The translations under genes and the position numbers were made by a program. DNA of 64,000 nt from the NCBI GenBank assembly GCA_963766715.1, contig CAVYBH010000002.1, forward strand, positions 1-64,000, read 5' to 3'. Each line of letters opens with the position of its first letter. Within the stretch, counting starts at the first letter, position 1. Shown piece by piece: positions 8,714 through 19,010 of this stretch. The DNA is from an uncultured delta proteobacterium. GTDB taxonomy: Bacteria > Myxococcota > Myxococcia > Myxococcales > Anaeromyxobacteraceae. The notes beneath the pieces were generated by a model. It saw nothing but the letters and a program-made list of their open reading frames with translations, did not search any database and had not been told where the DNA came from.

Positions 8714-10483
8714 ATGACCGACATCGAGAAGCGGAACGTCGTCGCGCAGTGGGCATTCGACACGCGCCCCGTGCTGCTCCGGTTCCACATGTGGCTCGAG
8801 GACGTGCAGGTGGAACGCTCCCAGGCCGAGCCGGTCTCCTCCCACACCTTCACGCCGCGTGGCATCGCCCGGAACCTGGCCGTGACCGCCGCGGCCACCG
8901 CGCTCGGGACCAAGCTCTACGGCGGATTCGGCGAGGGCGCCGGCAAGGACAAGTTCGCCTACAACCAGGCCAAGAAGGCGGCCGACGCCATCAGCGCCTA
9001 CGTCATGAGCGAGGGGCTCTGGCACCTCACCCGGACGCTGCCCGAGAACCACGCCATCATGGTCAGCCTGGGCGAGGGGCTCATGCCCAAGGCCGGCGAG
9101 ACCCCGGAGATGGGGGCGAACCCGCTCCTCGGCTTCGGGCGCGTGTACGCCCGCCCCGAGGTCGCCATGACCGTCGACCGCCGGGTGCGCCGCCTCCTCA
9201 ACGAGCCCGGCCACACGTTCGAGCAGTTCCACGGCTGGCTGAAGGGCCGGGGCATCACCATCTGGGGCGCCGCGGTCGACACGCTCGAGAACACCTCGCG
9301 CTTCGCCGAGGGCAAGCCCACCGGCCCCATGGTGGTCTTCCACCTGTTCGATTCCCCGCTGACGGTGTCCCGCCCGTACGAATCGTACATGGGCTGCATC
9401 ACCGTGCCCCGGCAGGTCGCCCGCGTGGCCGCCGAATCGGCGGTCCTGCTCAACTACCGGACGCCGCGCGGCAAGGTGATGGAGGTCATCCAGAAGGCCT
9501 ACCCGGGAATCCGTCCGGCCAACGTCCACGTCTGGACGCTGCGCGGAAAGAGCCGGCTGAAGCGGCTCGGAAAGCTCTGGGAGGAGTGGACGGCGGCCGG
9601 GGCCCACCTGGTCGAGGACGGCTGGAAGGCCCCCTCGGGCCTCGAGGTCTTCACCGACTCGGGGACCTACGCGCCCACCTTCCTGGTGGGGAGCTGGAAG
9701 GACGCCTCCGGCGCGCCGCACGTCTTCCTCTGCGACGGGTACGCGGCCAGCGCCGAGGCCATGCAGGCCTCCAGCCTCGACGAGGTGCTCGAGGTGGAGT
9801 CGAGCATGGCGGTCTTCTCGCCCACCTTCGACCTCCCGTGCGACCAGGAGGCCAACCTCATGCAGCTCGACCCGGCGGCGCCCGACTTCGGCGACCGCAT
9901 CCGGGCCATCGTGGGGTCCCGGGGCGCGACGCCCGAGGAGATCGAGGGCTACGCCGAGGCCATCCGCGACGCGCGCGCCTGCAACGTCCCGGTGGGAAAG
10001 CCGGTCCTCCGCGCCGACGAGTTCCTGCCCGAGAAGAACTGGGGCGTGCTGGCCGCCATCGGCTACATCTGCGACGACCCGTACACGGGCACGCACGGGG
10101 TGACCCAGGTGTCCGAGGGCGTCTACAAGGTGACGACCCGGCTGGCCACGCGCAACGCCTCCTCGTACATCACGTTCACCTTCCGGCTCATGGAGCCCTT
10201 CGAGCAGCAGCGCCACGTCTTCAGCCCGCTCCTGGTCCGCTTCCTGTCCGGGGTCGACCACACCAAGCGGGCGGTGAAGATCTCCGACTCCGGCCGGATC
10301 CGGAACGAGCTCCAGACCATGTTCTCGCAGGCCCTGGAGCACGACGGCGACCGCATCAAGATCCACTTCGACCGGGTGGACGAGAAGGTGCTGCCTCGCG
10401 ACAAGCAGGCCGCCATCCGGCGCGTCCTCGAGTGGTACAAGGCCAACCACCCCGTGTGGTTCACCTGGCTCGACATCGCCTGA
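8714..10483 (+). CDS. Large divergent GlpX-like (class II FBPase fold) protein
   Basis: 589 aa. KKAADA, VSLGEG, AAVDTLENT, ESYMG and SAEA line up in order with GlpX KNAADG, VIGEG, IAVDPLEGT, DMYME and APEG. Extra N- and C-terminal regions. Confidence 0.7.
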   Translation: MTDIEKRNVVAQWAFDTRPVLLRFHMWLEDVQVERSQAEPVSSHTFTPRGIARNLAVTAAATALGTKLYGGFGEGAGKDKFAYNQAKKAADAISAYVMSEGLWHLTRTLPENHAIMVSLGEGLMPKAGETPEMGANPLLGFGRVYARPEVAMTVDRRVRRLLNEPGHTFEQFHGWLKGRGITIWGAAVDTLENTSRFAEGKPTGPMVVFHLFDSPLTVSRPYESYMGCITVPRQVARVAAESAVLLNYRTPRGKVMEVIQKAYPGIRPANVHVWTLRGKSRLKRLGKLWEEWTAAGAHLVEDGWKAPSGLEVFTDSGTYAPTFLVGSWKDASGAPHVFLCDGYAASAEAMQASSLDEVLEVESSMAVFSPTFDLPCDQEANLMQLDPAAPDFGDRIRAIVGSRGATPEEIEGYAEAIRDARACNVPVGKPVLRADEFLPEKNWGVLAAIGYICDDPYTGTHGVTQVSEGVYKVTTRLATRNASSYITFTFRLMEPFEQQRHVFSPLLVRFLSGVDHTKRAVKISDSGRIRNELQTMFSQALEHDGDRIKIHFDRVDEKVLPRDKQAAIRRVLEWYKANHPVWFTWLDIA

Positions 10484-10852
10484 GGAAGTCCGCCAGCCCG
10501 AGGTCGAAGGCGAGGACGTGGGCGTGAAAGCGGGAGGCCACGTCCCGGATCGCAGCGCGCCGCGCGGCCGGCGTGGCGTCCGTCCGCGCCGCCTGGTTCA
10601 GGAGCCGCCGCACCTCGGTGAGCAGGAGGTCATGGGCCGCCTCGTGCCCGTCGAGGAGTGGGTAGCCGGCCTGACGCATGGCCAGCTCCTCCCCGCCAAG
10701 TGCGCCGTCAACCGTTGCTCGAGATGGAGGATCGCCTTCCGGAGGTCCAGTGAATCCTCTTCGGGCCCTTGGTCGACGGAGCGGAGGACGGCCGAGATGG
10801 CCACGTCGATGTCCTTCGGGGCGAGAACCGAATCGGACGTCGTGGCAGGCAT
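10461..10852 (-). CDS. Hemerythrin-like protein, frameshift ~10693
   Basis: AHLA-EELAMRQAGYPLLDGHEAAH...HVLAFD matches the hemerythrin HxxxEE..M...YP...HxxxH..HxxxxD pattern; the first His ligand is not seen. Confidence 0.6.
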
Positions 10853-10928
10853 GCGAAGAAAACACCGGGGATCTCTCCACCGGGCCAGAATTCGTGGGCG
10901 AGACGGAGTCAAGGAGGTCGGCGAACGC

Positions 10929-12437
10929 TTACCGCCGACCACGTAGCCCGGGTCGGGCGAATCCCGCCGAACGCGCCCCGGCCCAGCTGGCCGCGGGCGT
11001 TCAAGCCCCAGCACTGGATCCCGCCCTCGGAGGTGAGGACGCAGGTGTGGTCGCCTCCGGCGGTGACGGCAGGCGGCCGACCGCGGAGCCAGGAGCGTGA
11101 CCTGGGTCAAGCTCCCGGCGCCACCCAGCTGGCCGTGCGAATTGTCCCCGAAGCACCGCAGGTCGGCCGGGAGGCTCGCGCCGTCGAGCGCGCAGGTGTA
11201 CGCGCGGCCACCCGCCACGGCGCTGGGGGAGAAGAGGGGGAGGGACGGCGCGTGCGGCGAGACGAAGGCCCCGGCCGCCGCGTTCCCGGCGTCGACCTGC
11301 CCGCTCGTGTCGAGGCCCCAGCAGAGGAGCACGCCGGCCACCACGGCGCAGGCGTGGTTCTCGCCCGAGGCGAGGACGGTGGCGCCGGACGGGACGCTGG
11401 CGACGGCCGGCACCGACTGGGCGTTGGTGCTCCCGATTCCCAGCTGTCCCGAGTCGTTGGCCCCGAAGCACTGGACCGCTCCGCCGGTGAGCGTGCAGGT
11501 GTGACGCCCGCCGCAGGAGACGCGGTCGGGGCGCACGCCGGAGCCGAGGGCGCTCACGAGGACCGGGCGGAGCCCGGGGGCGGTGCCGCCGGTCCCGAGC
11601 TGACCGGACCCGTTCGAGCCCCAGCAGTAGAACGGCTCCGTTCGTGCCGATGGCGCAGGTGTGGGCCGCCGTGACGGTCGTGAGCCCCGCCCCGCCGGCG
11701 CCGAGCGAGGCGATCTCCGGCAGCCCGCCGACGAGCACGGGGAGCGTCCGGAAGGTGGTCGTCCCGTCGCCGACCTCACCGAAGGTGTTGTCGCCCCAGC
11801 AGTAGACCTGTCCCGCGGCCAGCGCGCAGGTGTGCGAGTAGCCCGCGGCCACCTGCGACGCGGGCGCCGGGAGGGGCACGGGCACGGGCGCCGCCCGGTC
11901 GGTCGAGGAGCCGTCGCCGAGCTGGCCGACGTCGTTCGCGCCCCAGCACTCGACCGTCCCGGTGGCGGTGAGCGCGCAGGCGTGATCGTAGCCGGCGCTG
12001 ACCGAGACGGCCCTCACGCACTGGCCCCCGTCGCGCAGGAAGCCCGCATTGCACTGAAAGTCACAGGTGTGGGTGGACGAGCACGCCGGTGCGGCGTTGG
12101 CCGGGGCCAGCGCGGTGCAGTCGGCGCAGGACGGGCCGCAGCTCGTCCCGGTCTCCGCGGTGCAGGCGTCGGGACTGCAGCGGTTGAATCCCGCGTCGCA
12201 GGTGAACCCGCACCCGCCGGCCTGGCAGGCGGCCGTGGCGTTCGAGGGGGGCGAGCAGGTGAGGCACTGACCGTCACAGGCCAACTTGTCGGGAGCGCAG
12301 ACCGGCGCGACGAGCGCAGGGGAGGCGTTGTGGTCGACGAGGGTGCTGCCGCAGCCGGTGGCGAGCACCATCGCGACGGAGAGCCATGCGGCCCTCCGGG
12401 GTCGGCGGCTGGAGCTGGATGCCTCGACCATGCGCAT
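10929..12437 (-). CDS. RCC1/BLIP-II repeat lipoprotein with Cys-rich N-terminus, several frameshifts
   Basis: AGGAGG RBS; lipobox ATGC; Cys-rich modules ([16 protein letters not shown]); about 7 repeats of the type AGxxHTCAL..GxVxCWGxNxxGQLG. 3' end approximate. Confidence 0.8.
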
Positions 12438-12613
12438 TCGTCCCCCTCCTAACCGGGGCCGGGCGTTCGCGCGACCCCATGCCGATTCTTGGCCCGTCCC
12501 GGGGGGCGCCGGTGTTGAAGAAGCAAGGTGGAGCCGACGACGTTGCCAGGGGCCCGGGGCGCCAGTATTCGTCCCCCCGGGTTTCGCGACGACGGAGAAG
12601 GGGGATCGGCAGG

Positions 12614-13105
12614 GTGGACCACCGCGAGGCAGCCTCCCGGCTCTACCGGGAATACGGGCCCGCCGTCTACAGGCGGTGCCTGAGGCTCCTGCGCGACCGC
12701 GAGGCCGCGCACGACGCCACGCAAGAGGTCTTCGTGAAGCTGATCGGGAACATGGCGCGGCTGGAGGGGCGGGGGGAAGTCCTGCCCTGGATCTACCGGG
12801 TCGCGACCAACCATTGCCTGAACGTCCGGCGAAACGCCGGAAGACACGCCGAATCCGAGCTGACCCCGGATCTGCCGTCCGGGGGCGCCGCCTCGGTCGA
12901 CGCCTTCCCCGACCGCCGGCTCGCCCAGGAGCTCCTGTCCCGGTTCGACGAGGGGACCCAGGCGGTCGCGGTGGGGATCCTGGTCGACGGGATGGAGCGG
13001 GACGAGGTGGCCGGCGCGCTGGGGATCTCCCGGCGAACCGTCTCCCGGCGCCTGGCCCGCTTCCTGGCGAGCACTCGAGCGTTCCTCGGTGGGGGGCCTG
13101 CATGA
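12614..13105 (+). CDS. ECF sigma factor
   Basis: Region 2: LYREYGPAVYRRCLRLL..AAHDATQEVFVKL..WIYRVATNHCLN. Region 4: DGMERDEVAGALGISRRTVSRRL. Confidence 0.9.
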   Translation: MDHREAASRLYREYGPAVYRRCLRLLRDREAAHDATQEVFVKLIGNMARLEGRGEVLPWIYRVATNHCLNVRRNAGRHAESELTPDLPSGGAASVDAFPDRRLAQELLSRFDEGTQAVAVGILVDGMERDEVAGALGISRRTVSRRLARFLASTRAFLGGGPA

Positions 13106-13838
13106 CCCGCGGTTGTCCGTCCGACCTTCGGCTGGAGGCGCACCTCCTCGACCCGAGCGCCTCGGGGATGTCCCCTCACCTCGACGGGTGTCCGGACTGC
13201 CAGGCACGCGTGCGGCGCATGGAGGCCGAGGGGGAGGACTTCCGGCGCTACGTCTACCCGGCCACGGTCGACGCGGTGCTCGAGGCGGCCGTCCCTCGCG
13301 CGAGGCGGAACTGGTTCGCGTTCCTCGTCCCGGCCTCCGCGGCGGCCGTCGCCGGCCTCCTCGTCCTCGTGGCGCCGTCTCCGCCCGACGGCTACGTCGG
13401 GCTGAAGGGTGACGCGCTCGGCCTCACGGTCTTCGTCGGCGCGCCGGACGGCGCCCGCGCCGTGGCCGACGGCGCGAGCATCCCGGCCTCGTCGGCCCTG
13501 CGGTTCCAGATCCGATCCGCCGGCCCGTGCAAGCTCTGGATCGTCTCGGTGGACGCGGGCGGCCAGATTTCCCGCCTCTATCCGCCCTCGGGCGACGAGG
13601 GAGCCGACGTCGCCGCAGGCGGCCCGCTGCCGGGCGGCGCCGTGCTCGACGGCAAGCCCGGGACCGGAGCGGGTCTTCGCGGTCTGCTCTCCCCGGCCGA
13701 TCCGGCTCGACGCGCTCGAGACGGCCGGACGCGCCATCGCCAGCCCAGGGAAGCGAGGGAGTCCGCCGGACGCGGGAGCTCGCCGGCCTTCCGCCCGGCG
13801 TGGTCCAGGCCAGCCTGCTCCTCGAGAAGGGCGATTGA
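13102..13838 (+). CDS. Zinc-binding anti-sigma factor with TM helix and DUF4384-like periplasmic domain, frameshifts ~13662/~13760
   Basis: ATGA overlap with the sigma gene; HLDGCPDC (HxxxCxxC); TM helix; GLKG..LTVFV..LRFQI..LWIVSVDAGGQISRLYP..LDGKPGPERVFAVCS. Confidence 0.75.
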
Positions 13839-15336
13839 AGCTCGCGCTGCTCATCGTCGCACTCGCCGTGCCGGTCGTCGCGCAGGGCGCGGCCCGGTTC
13901 GCGGTGGTCGTGGGAAACGACGCCGGCGCCACCGGGCGTCCCCGGCTCTGGTTCGCCGAGAAGGACGCCGAGCGCTTCCGCGGCACGCTCCGGGAGCTCG
14001 GTGACTTTCCGGACGACCGGGTGGTCCTCCTCCGCGGGTCGAGCCCCCGGCAGGTCCGGGAGGCGCTGGCCGCCACCGAGGCCCGGATCCAGGCGGCGCG
14101 GTCGGCCGGCGAGCGCACGCTCCTCGTCTTCTACTACTCCGGCCACGCGGGCTCGGCCGGCCTCGAGCTCGGCACCGACGTCCTGAGCTACGCGGATCTC
14201 CGCGCACTGGTCGGAGGGTCGAAGGCCGACGCCAAGGTGGCCATCGTCGATGCCTGCGAGTCGGGGCTGCTCACCCAGGTGAAGGGCGCCACCGCGGCGC
14301 CTGCGCTCGACTTCGCCGTGCCGCTCGACGACACGGTGCGGGGGACGGCCTTCATCGCGTCGACCGCGGTCGGCGAGTCGGCCCAGGAGTCGGCGGCCAT
14401 CGGGGGCAGCTTCTTCACCCACCACCTGGAGATCGGGCTGCGCGGCGCCGCAGACGCCGACGGCGACGGCCTCGTCACGCTGGGGGAGGCCTTCCGCTAC
14501 ACCTCGTCGCAGACCGTCTCCGGCACGGCCGGCACGATGGCGGGGCCGCAGCACCCCACCTACGAATTCAAGATGTCCGGGCGCGGGGACGTGGTCCTCG
14601 CCGACCTGCGCAAGGCCGAGGCGAAGCTGGTGCTGCCCCCCGACCCCGGGGCCACCTACATCCTCCGCGGGCCGAACGGGCTGCTCGCCGAGGTCACGCA
14701 GGGGAAGGCGGCGACCACGCTCGCCCTGCCGGCCGGGCCGATACGCGGTCGACCGGCGGGGCCCGGACGGGCGCGCCACCGCCGACCTGGTCCTCGAATC
14801 GGGGGCGACGAAGACCCTGCCGCCGCTCACGCCCACCCGCTACGAGGTGGCGCGTTCGAAGGGAGGGCCGCTCCCCGGACTCCTCTACGCCGGCGGAGGG
14901 AATCGACTGGATCGGCCTGCCGAACTTCGGGGTGGCCCCGGTGGTCCGGCTCGGGCTCCGCAAGGAGCTCGGCCCGGTCGGGCTCCGCGTTCGCTTCGAT
15001 TACTCGTGGACGTCGGTGAACGACCAGGGAATCCGGTACGACTGGAGCTACCTGGCCGGCGGGGTCGCCGCGCTCTTCCCGCTCAATACCGGAGCGATCC
15101 TCATCGAGGCCGGGCCGGAGCTGGGCTACGGCTACGCCCGGCAGACGCTGGGGGACCAGCGGAACTTCTCGTCCGGCATGCTGTGGGCGGGCGTCGTCGC
15201 GATGGTCACGGCTCCCGTCGGACCCGTGCGGGTCGGGCTCGACGCCTCGTTCGGCGCACAGGCCTTCCGGCTGAACGAGAGCAACACCGTGAAGCCCGGC
15301 GCGTCGGCCTTGCTCCTCGTCCTCTGGGGTTTCTAG
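13835..15336 (+). CDS. Exported caspase-like peptidase (C14) with C-terminal beta-barrel-like region, frameshifts ~14740/~14900
   Basis: TTGA overlap; signal peptide; RFAVVVGND, YYSGH, DACESG (His-Cys dyad), GSFFTH, QHP; amphipathic C-terminal strands ending in WGF. Confidence 0.85.
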
Positions 15337-15362
15337 GCCCGTCCCGGGTAGAGTGGGCGGCC

Positions 15363-16010
15363 ATGCTCGCTCCCGCCCAGGATGCCGCCCTCCAGGCCCT
15401 CGACCGCGGAACGGCGGAGGGGCACCGGATGCTCCAGCAGGCCCCGGAGCTGGTGCAGCGCATCGAGGAGGCCCTGCCGCTCCAGACCATCGTCCCCTTC
15501 GCCGACCTGGTGCTCGGGGGCGGAATGCTGCTGCTCGTGGTCGTCCTCCACGGCTTCCTGATGCGCTGGGTGCAGAGCCATGTGGCCACCCGCTCCAAGG
15601 TGCTGGAGCGGCAGCCGGTCGAGTGGAGGGCCGACCTCGTCATGGCGATCGCGGTCTTCGCGCTGCTCGCCGCGGTGCTCTTCGAGATGGTCCTCTGGAC
15701 CGCGGCCATCAAGTACGCCGGCCTCTTCCAGACCTGGAGGGGCGCCGCCTACTACGCAGCCAACACCTACACCACCCTCGGCTACGGCACGAAGATGCTC
15801 CCGGAGGCCTGGCAGATGGTGGGGCCCATCATGGCCATCTCCGGACTCTTCACCTTCGGCTGGACCGGGAGCGTCCTCGTCGACGTGGTGGGGCGCCTGG
15901 GCCGGGTGAAGGACCTCGCGCGCCAGGCCCGGCTCGCCAGGGCCGAAGCGCGGGTGGCGAGCCAGGAGGGCATGCCGCCCCCTTCCGGCGGGCCGGGCAA
16001 GGCGGCCTGA
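15363..16010 (+). CDS. Potassium-channel family protein (Ion_trans_2)
   Basis: TM helices plus pore loop YYAANTYTTLGYG. Confidence 0.8.
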   Translation: MLAPAQDAALQALDRGTAEGHRMLQQAPELVQRIEEALPLQTIVPFADLVLGGGMLLLVVVLHGFLMRWVQSHVATRSKVLERQPVEWRADLVMAIAVFALLAAVLFEMVLWTAAIKYAGLFQTWRGAAYYAANTYTTLGYGTKMLPEAWQMVGPIMAISGLFTFGWTGSVLVDVVGRLGRVKDLARQARLARAEARVASQEGMPPPSGGPGKAA

Positions 16011-16115
16011 CTTTCGACGCCGGCGCGCCCCAACAGGGGTGTCAGATTCGCCCGTGCGTCGGTGGGACATGGACTGTCGCGCCACCCCACTTCCAGGGGA
16101 CCATCCGCGGCTCGA

Positions 16116-18508
16116 ATGGCCACCCGCACCCAGCCCAGGCGCCGCCGCGCCGCAACCGCCGCGCCTGGAGCGCTCGCGGCGAGCAGCCCGACCTGGACCT
16201 GGGACGGAAGCGCCCGCGCGGAGGTGGCGGCCATCCGGGCGGCGCTCGACGCGCTCCCGGTGGGGCTCGTCTTCGCCGAGTGCGTGGCGGGCAACCCCGC
16301 GACGGTGGTCGGGCACAACGCGGCCTATGGCCGCATCGTGGGCACGAGAGCCCGAGGACCGCACGCCCTACGCGGACCTTCCGTACAACGTCTACCGGCC
16401 CGACCGCATGACCCGCGTCCCGCCGGAGGAGTGGCCCGCACCGCGCGCGGCCCGGACCGGCGACAAGGTGGCGGAGCTCGAGCTCCACCTGCGGCGCGCG
16501 GACGGAGCGTGGCGCGTGCTGGCCGTGAGCGCGGCGCCACTTCCGCGCAGCGAGGACGAGCAGGCGAGCCGGGCGGTGGGCATCGTGCTCGACGTCACCG
16601 ACCGGCGTCGCGCCGAGGACGACCTGAGCCAGCGCGGCCAGATCCTCCGGCACGTCATCGACGCGTCGACCGACCCGGTCTTCGCCAAGGATCGGGAGGG
16701 GCGCGTCCTCTTCGCGAACCCCGCCATGCTCCGCGCCGTCGGGAAGATCGCCGCGGAGGTCATGGGGCGGACCAACCGGGAGTACTTCCCGGATTCCTCC
16801 ATGGGCCAGGCGATCTACGCCGAGGACCGGCGGGTCATGGAGTCCGGGGTCGAGGAGGTGGTCGAGGAGGTCGTCCCGGGACCCGAGGGGCAGCGGATCT
16901 TCCTGTCCACCAAGACGCCGTGGCGCGACTCCGCCGGTCGCGTCATCGGGCTGGTCGCGAATCGCCCGCGACATCACCGAGCGAAAGCAGGCGGAGGACG
17001 CGCTGCGCCGCAGCGAGCGCCGGTTCCGCACCCTCATCGAGACCTCGTGCGACATGCTGCTCCTCGTCGACGCGGAGGGGCGCTACCGCCACTGGAGCCC
17101 GGCGGCGGCCGAGGCGCTGGGGTGGACCGAGGAGGAGGTGGTCGGGACCAAGGCCATCGACCTCGTCCACCCCGACGATCGGGAGGAAGTGGCCCGGGCG
17201 TTCGCCGCGGTGTCGACGCGGAGCGGCACGCCGGTGCGCCACCGCGCGCGCATGCGGCGCAAGGACGGGACGTGGCGGCTGGTCGAGGGCGTGGGGCGCG
17301 ACCTGCTCTCCGACGAGGACATCCGCTCGGTGGTGCTCAACGTCCGCGACGTCACCGAGCAGCAGCGGACCGAGGAGCAGCTGCTGCAGTCGCAGAAGCT
17401 GGAGTCCATCGGGCGCCTGGCCGGCGGGATCGCCCACGACTTCAACAACCTCCTCACCGTCATCCTCTGCAGCGCCGAGTCGGAAGGGGAGGCGCTCGAC
17501 GCGGGCCGCTCGGTGGAGCGCGAGGACGTCGACCAGATCCGGGAGGCCGGCGCCCGGGCGCGGGACCTCACCCGGGACCTGCTCGCCTTCGCGCGCCGGC
17601 AGGGAGCCGCTCCGACGACGCTGGATCTCAACGCCCTGCTCGGCGGCAGCGACAAGCTCCTGCGCCGGGTGATCCGCGAGGACATCCACCTCGAGACCGC
17701 GCTCCAGCCGGGCATCTGGCCCGTCCGGTGCGATCCGGCCCAGCTCGAGCAGGTGATCCTGAACCTCGCCGTGAACGCGCGGGATGCCATGAATTCCGGC
17801 GGGCGGCTCCGGCTCGCGACCGCGAACGTGCGGATCGAGCCGGAGCACCCGGACATCCCCCCGGGCGACTGGGTCCGCCTCCGGATCCAGGACGACGGGG
17901 CCGGCATGTCGCGGGAAGTGAAGGAGCATCTCTTCGAGCCGTTCTTCACCACCAAGCCGGCGGGCCAGGGCACCGGGCTCGGGCTCTCGACCGTCTACGG
18001 CATCGTCCGCCAGGCCGGCGGCCACGTCCGCGTCGAGAGCGAGCCCGGGACGGGCAGCACCTTCGACGTCTACCTGCCCCGCAGCGGAGGCACGGCGGCC
18101 GGCGGAGCCCGAGGCCGTCCAGCCTCGCGCCGCCTCCGGGACCGAGACCGTGCTGCTCGTCGAGGACGACCCCGGCGTCCGGGAGGCCACGCAGCGCGCG
18201 CTCCGGGCCGCCGGCTACCGGGTGCTCGCGGCTCCCGGCGCGGAGGGGGCCCTGGAGGTCGTGAGGACCGGCGGGACGCCCCGGCCCTGCTGGTGACCGA
18301 CGTCATCATGCCGGCGGTGAGCGGTCCCGACCTGGCGGCCCGGTTGCGCGCCGAGCTCCCTGCGATGCGCGTCCTCTACCTCTCGGGCTACGCCCACGGC
18401 GTCATCGGGCCGCACGGGGTGCTCGACCCCGGGGTCGCCTTCCTGCCCAAGCCCTTCACGCCCCGCTCGCTGCTCGCCCGGGTTCGCGAGGTCCTCGACG
18501 CGCCCTGA
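16116..18508 (+). CDS. Multi-PAS hybrid sensor histidine kinase/response regulator, about 4 frameshifts
   Basis: Three PAS-like segments; H-box AGGIAHDFNNLL, NLAVNARDA, DDGAGM, FEPFFTTK, GTGLGL; C-terminal receiver (LLVEDD..TDVIMP..KPF). Confidence 0.85.
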
Positions 18509-18622
18509 GAGGCGCCGCGTCCTCGGCGCCTCCTGCCAGCCACCCGGGCAGCGCCTGCCCGACGACAGGGCATCGCGGGGCGCCTCGCGCCGCGGGATCG
18601 CGCAACCGGCTGCCTGGAATCC

Positions 18623-18638
18623 CGGCGCGGGCCTTGCA
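18623..18638 (+). promoter_or_regulatory. Putative sigma54 -24/-12 promoter
   Basis: CGGCGCGGGCCTTGCA has GG-N10-GC with TTGC, upstream of the GGAGG RBS of the P-II gene. Confidence 0.55.
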
Positions 18639-18666
18639 GCCTCTCCCGCGCGGAGGAGGTCCGCAC

Positions 18667-19005
18667 ATGACCAAGATCGAGGCCATCATCCAGCCTTCGC
18701 GGCTCGAGACGTTGAAGAACGCGCTCGCGGCCTGGGGAGTCGATGGCCTGACGGTGACCGAGGTCAAGGGATACGGCCGGCAGAAGGGGCACGGCGAGGT
18801 CTATCGCGGCGCCGAGTACGCCCTCGATTTCCGGCCCAAGCTGAAGGTGGAGATGGTGGTCCCCACGACGCTCGTGCCCCGCCTGCTCGACGTGGTGCGC
18901 GGCGCGCTGGGCACCGGGCGCATCGGGGACGGAAAGATGTTCGTCGGCCCGGTCGACGAGGCGATCCGGGTGCGAACCGGGGAGCGAGGGGACGAGGTAC
19001 TCTAG
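18667..19005 (+). CDS. glnB: P-II nitrogen regulatory protein (GlnB/GlnK family)
   Basis: 112 aa; KIEAII, GYGRQKG, YRGAEY T-loop, TGRIGDGKMFV, IRVRTGE. glnB and glnK cannot be told apart; no amtB is adjacent. Confidence 0.9.
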   Translation: MTKIEAIIQPSRLETLKNALAAWGVDGLTVTEVKGYGRQKGHGEVYRGAEYALDFRPKLKVEMVVPTTLVPRLLDVVRGALGTGRIGDGKMFVGPVDEAIRVRTGERGDEVL

Positions 19006-19010
19006 GGCGG

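Noticed and set aside
12614..15336. Caspase module as an anti-phage or cell-death system
   Set aside because: The caspase has a signal peptide, and no gasdermin, NLR/STAND, TIR or CBASS partner is present; the context is ECF signalling.
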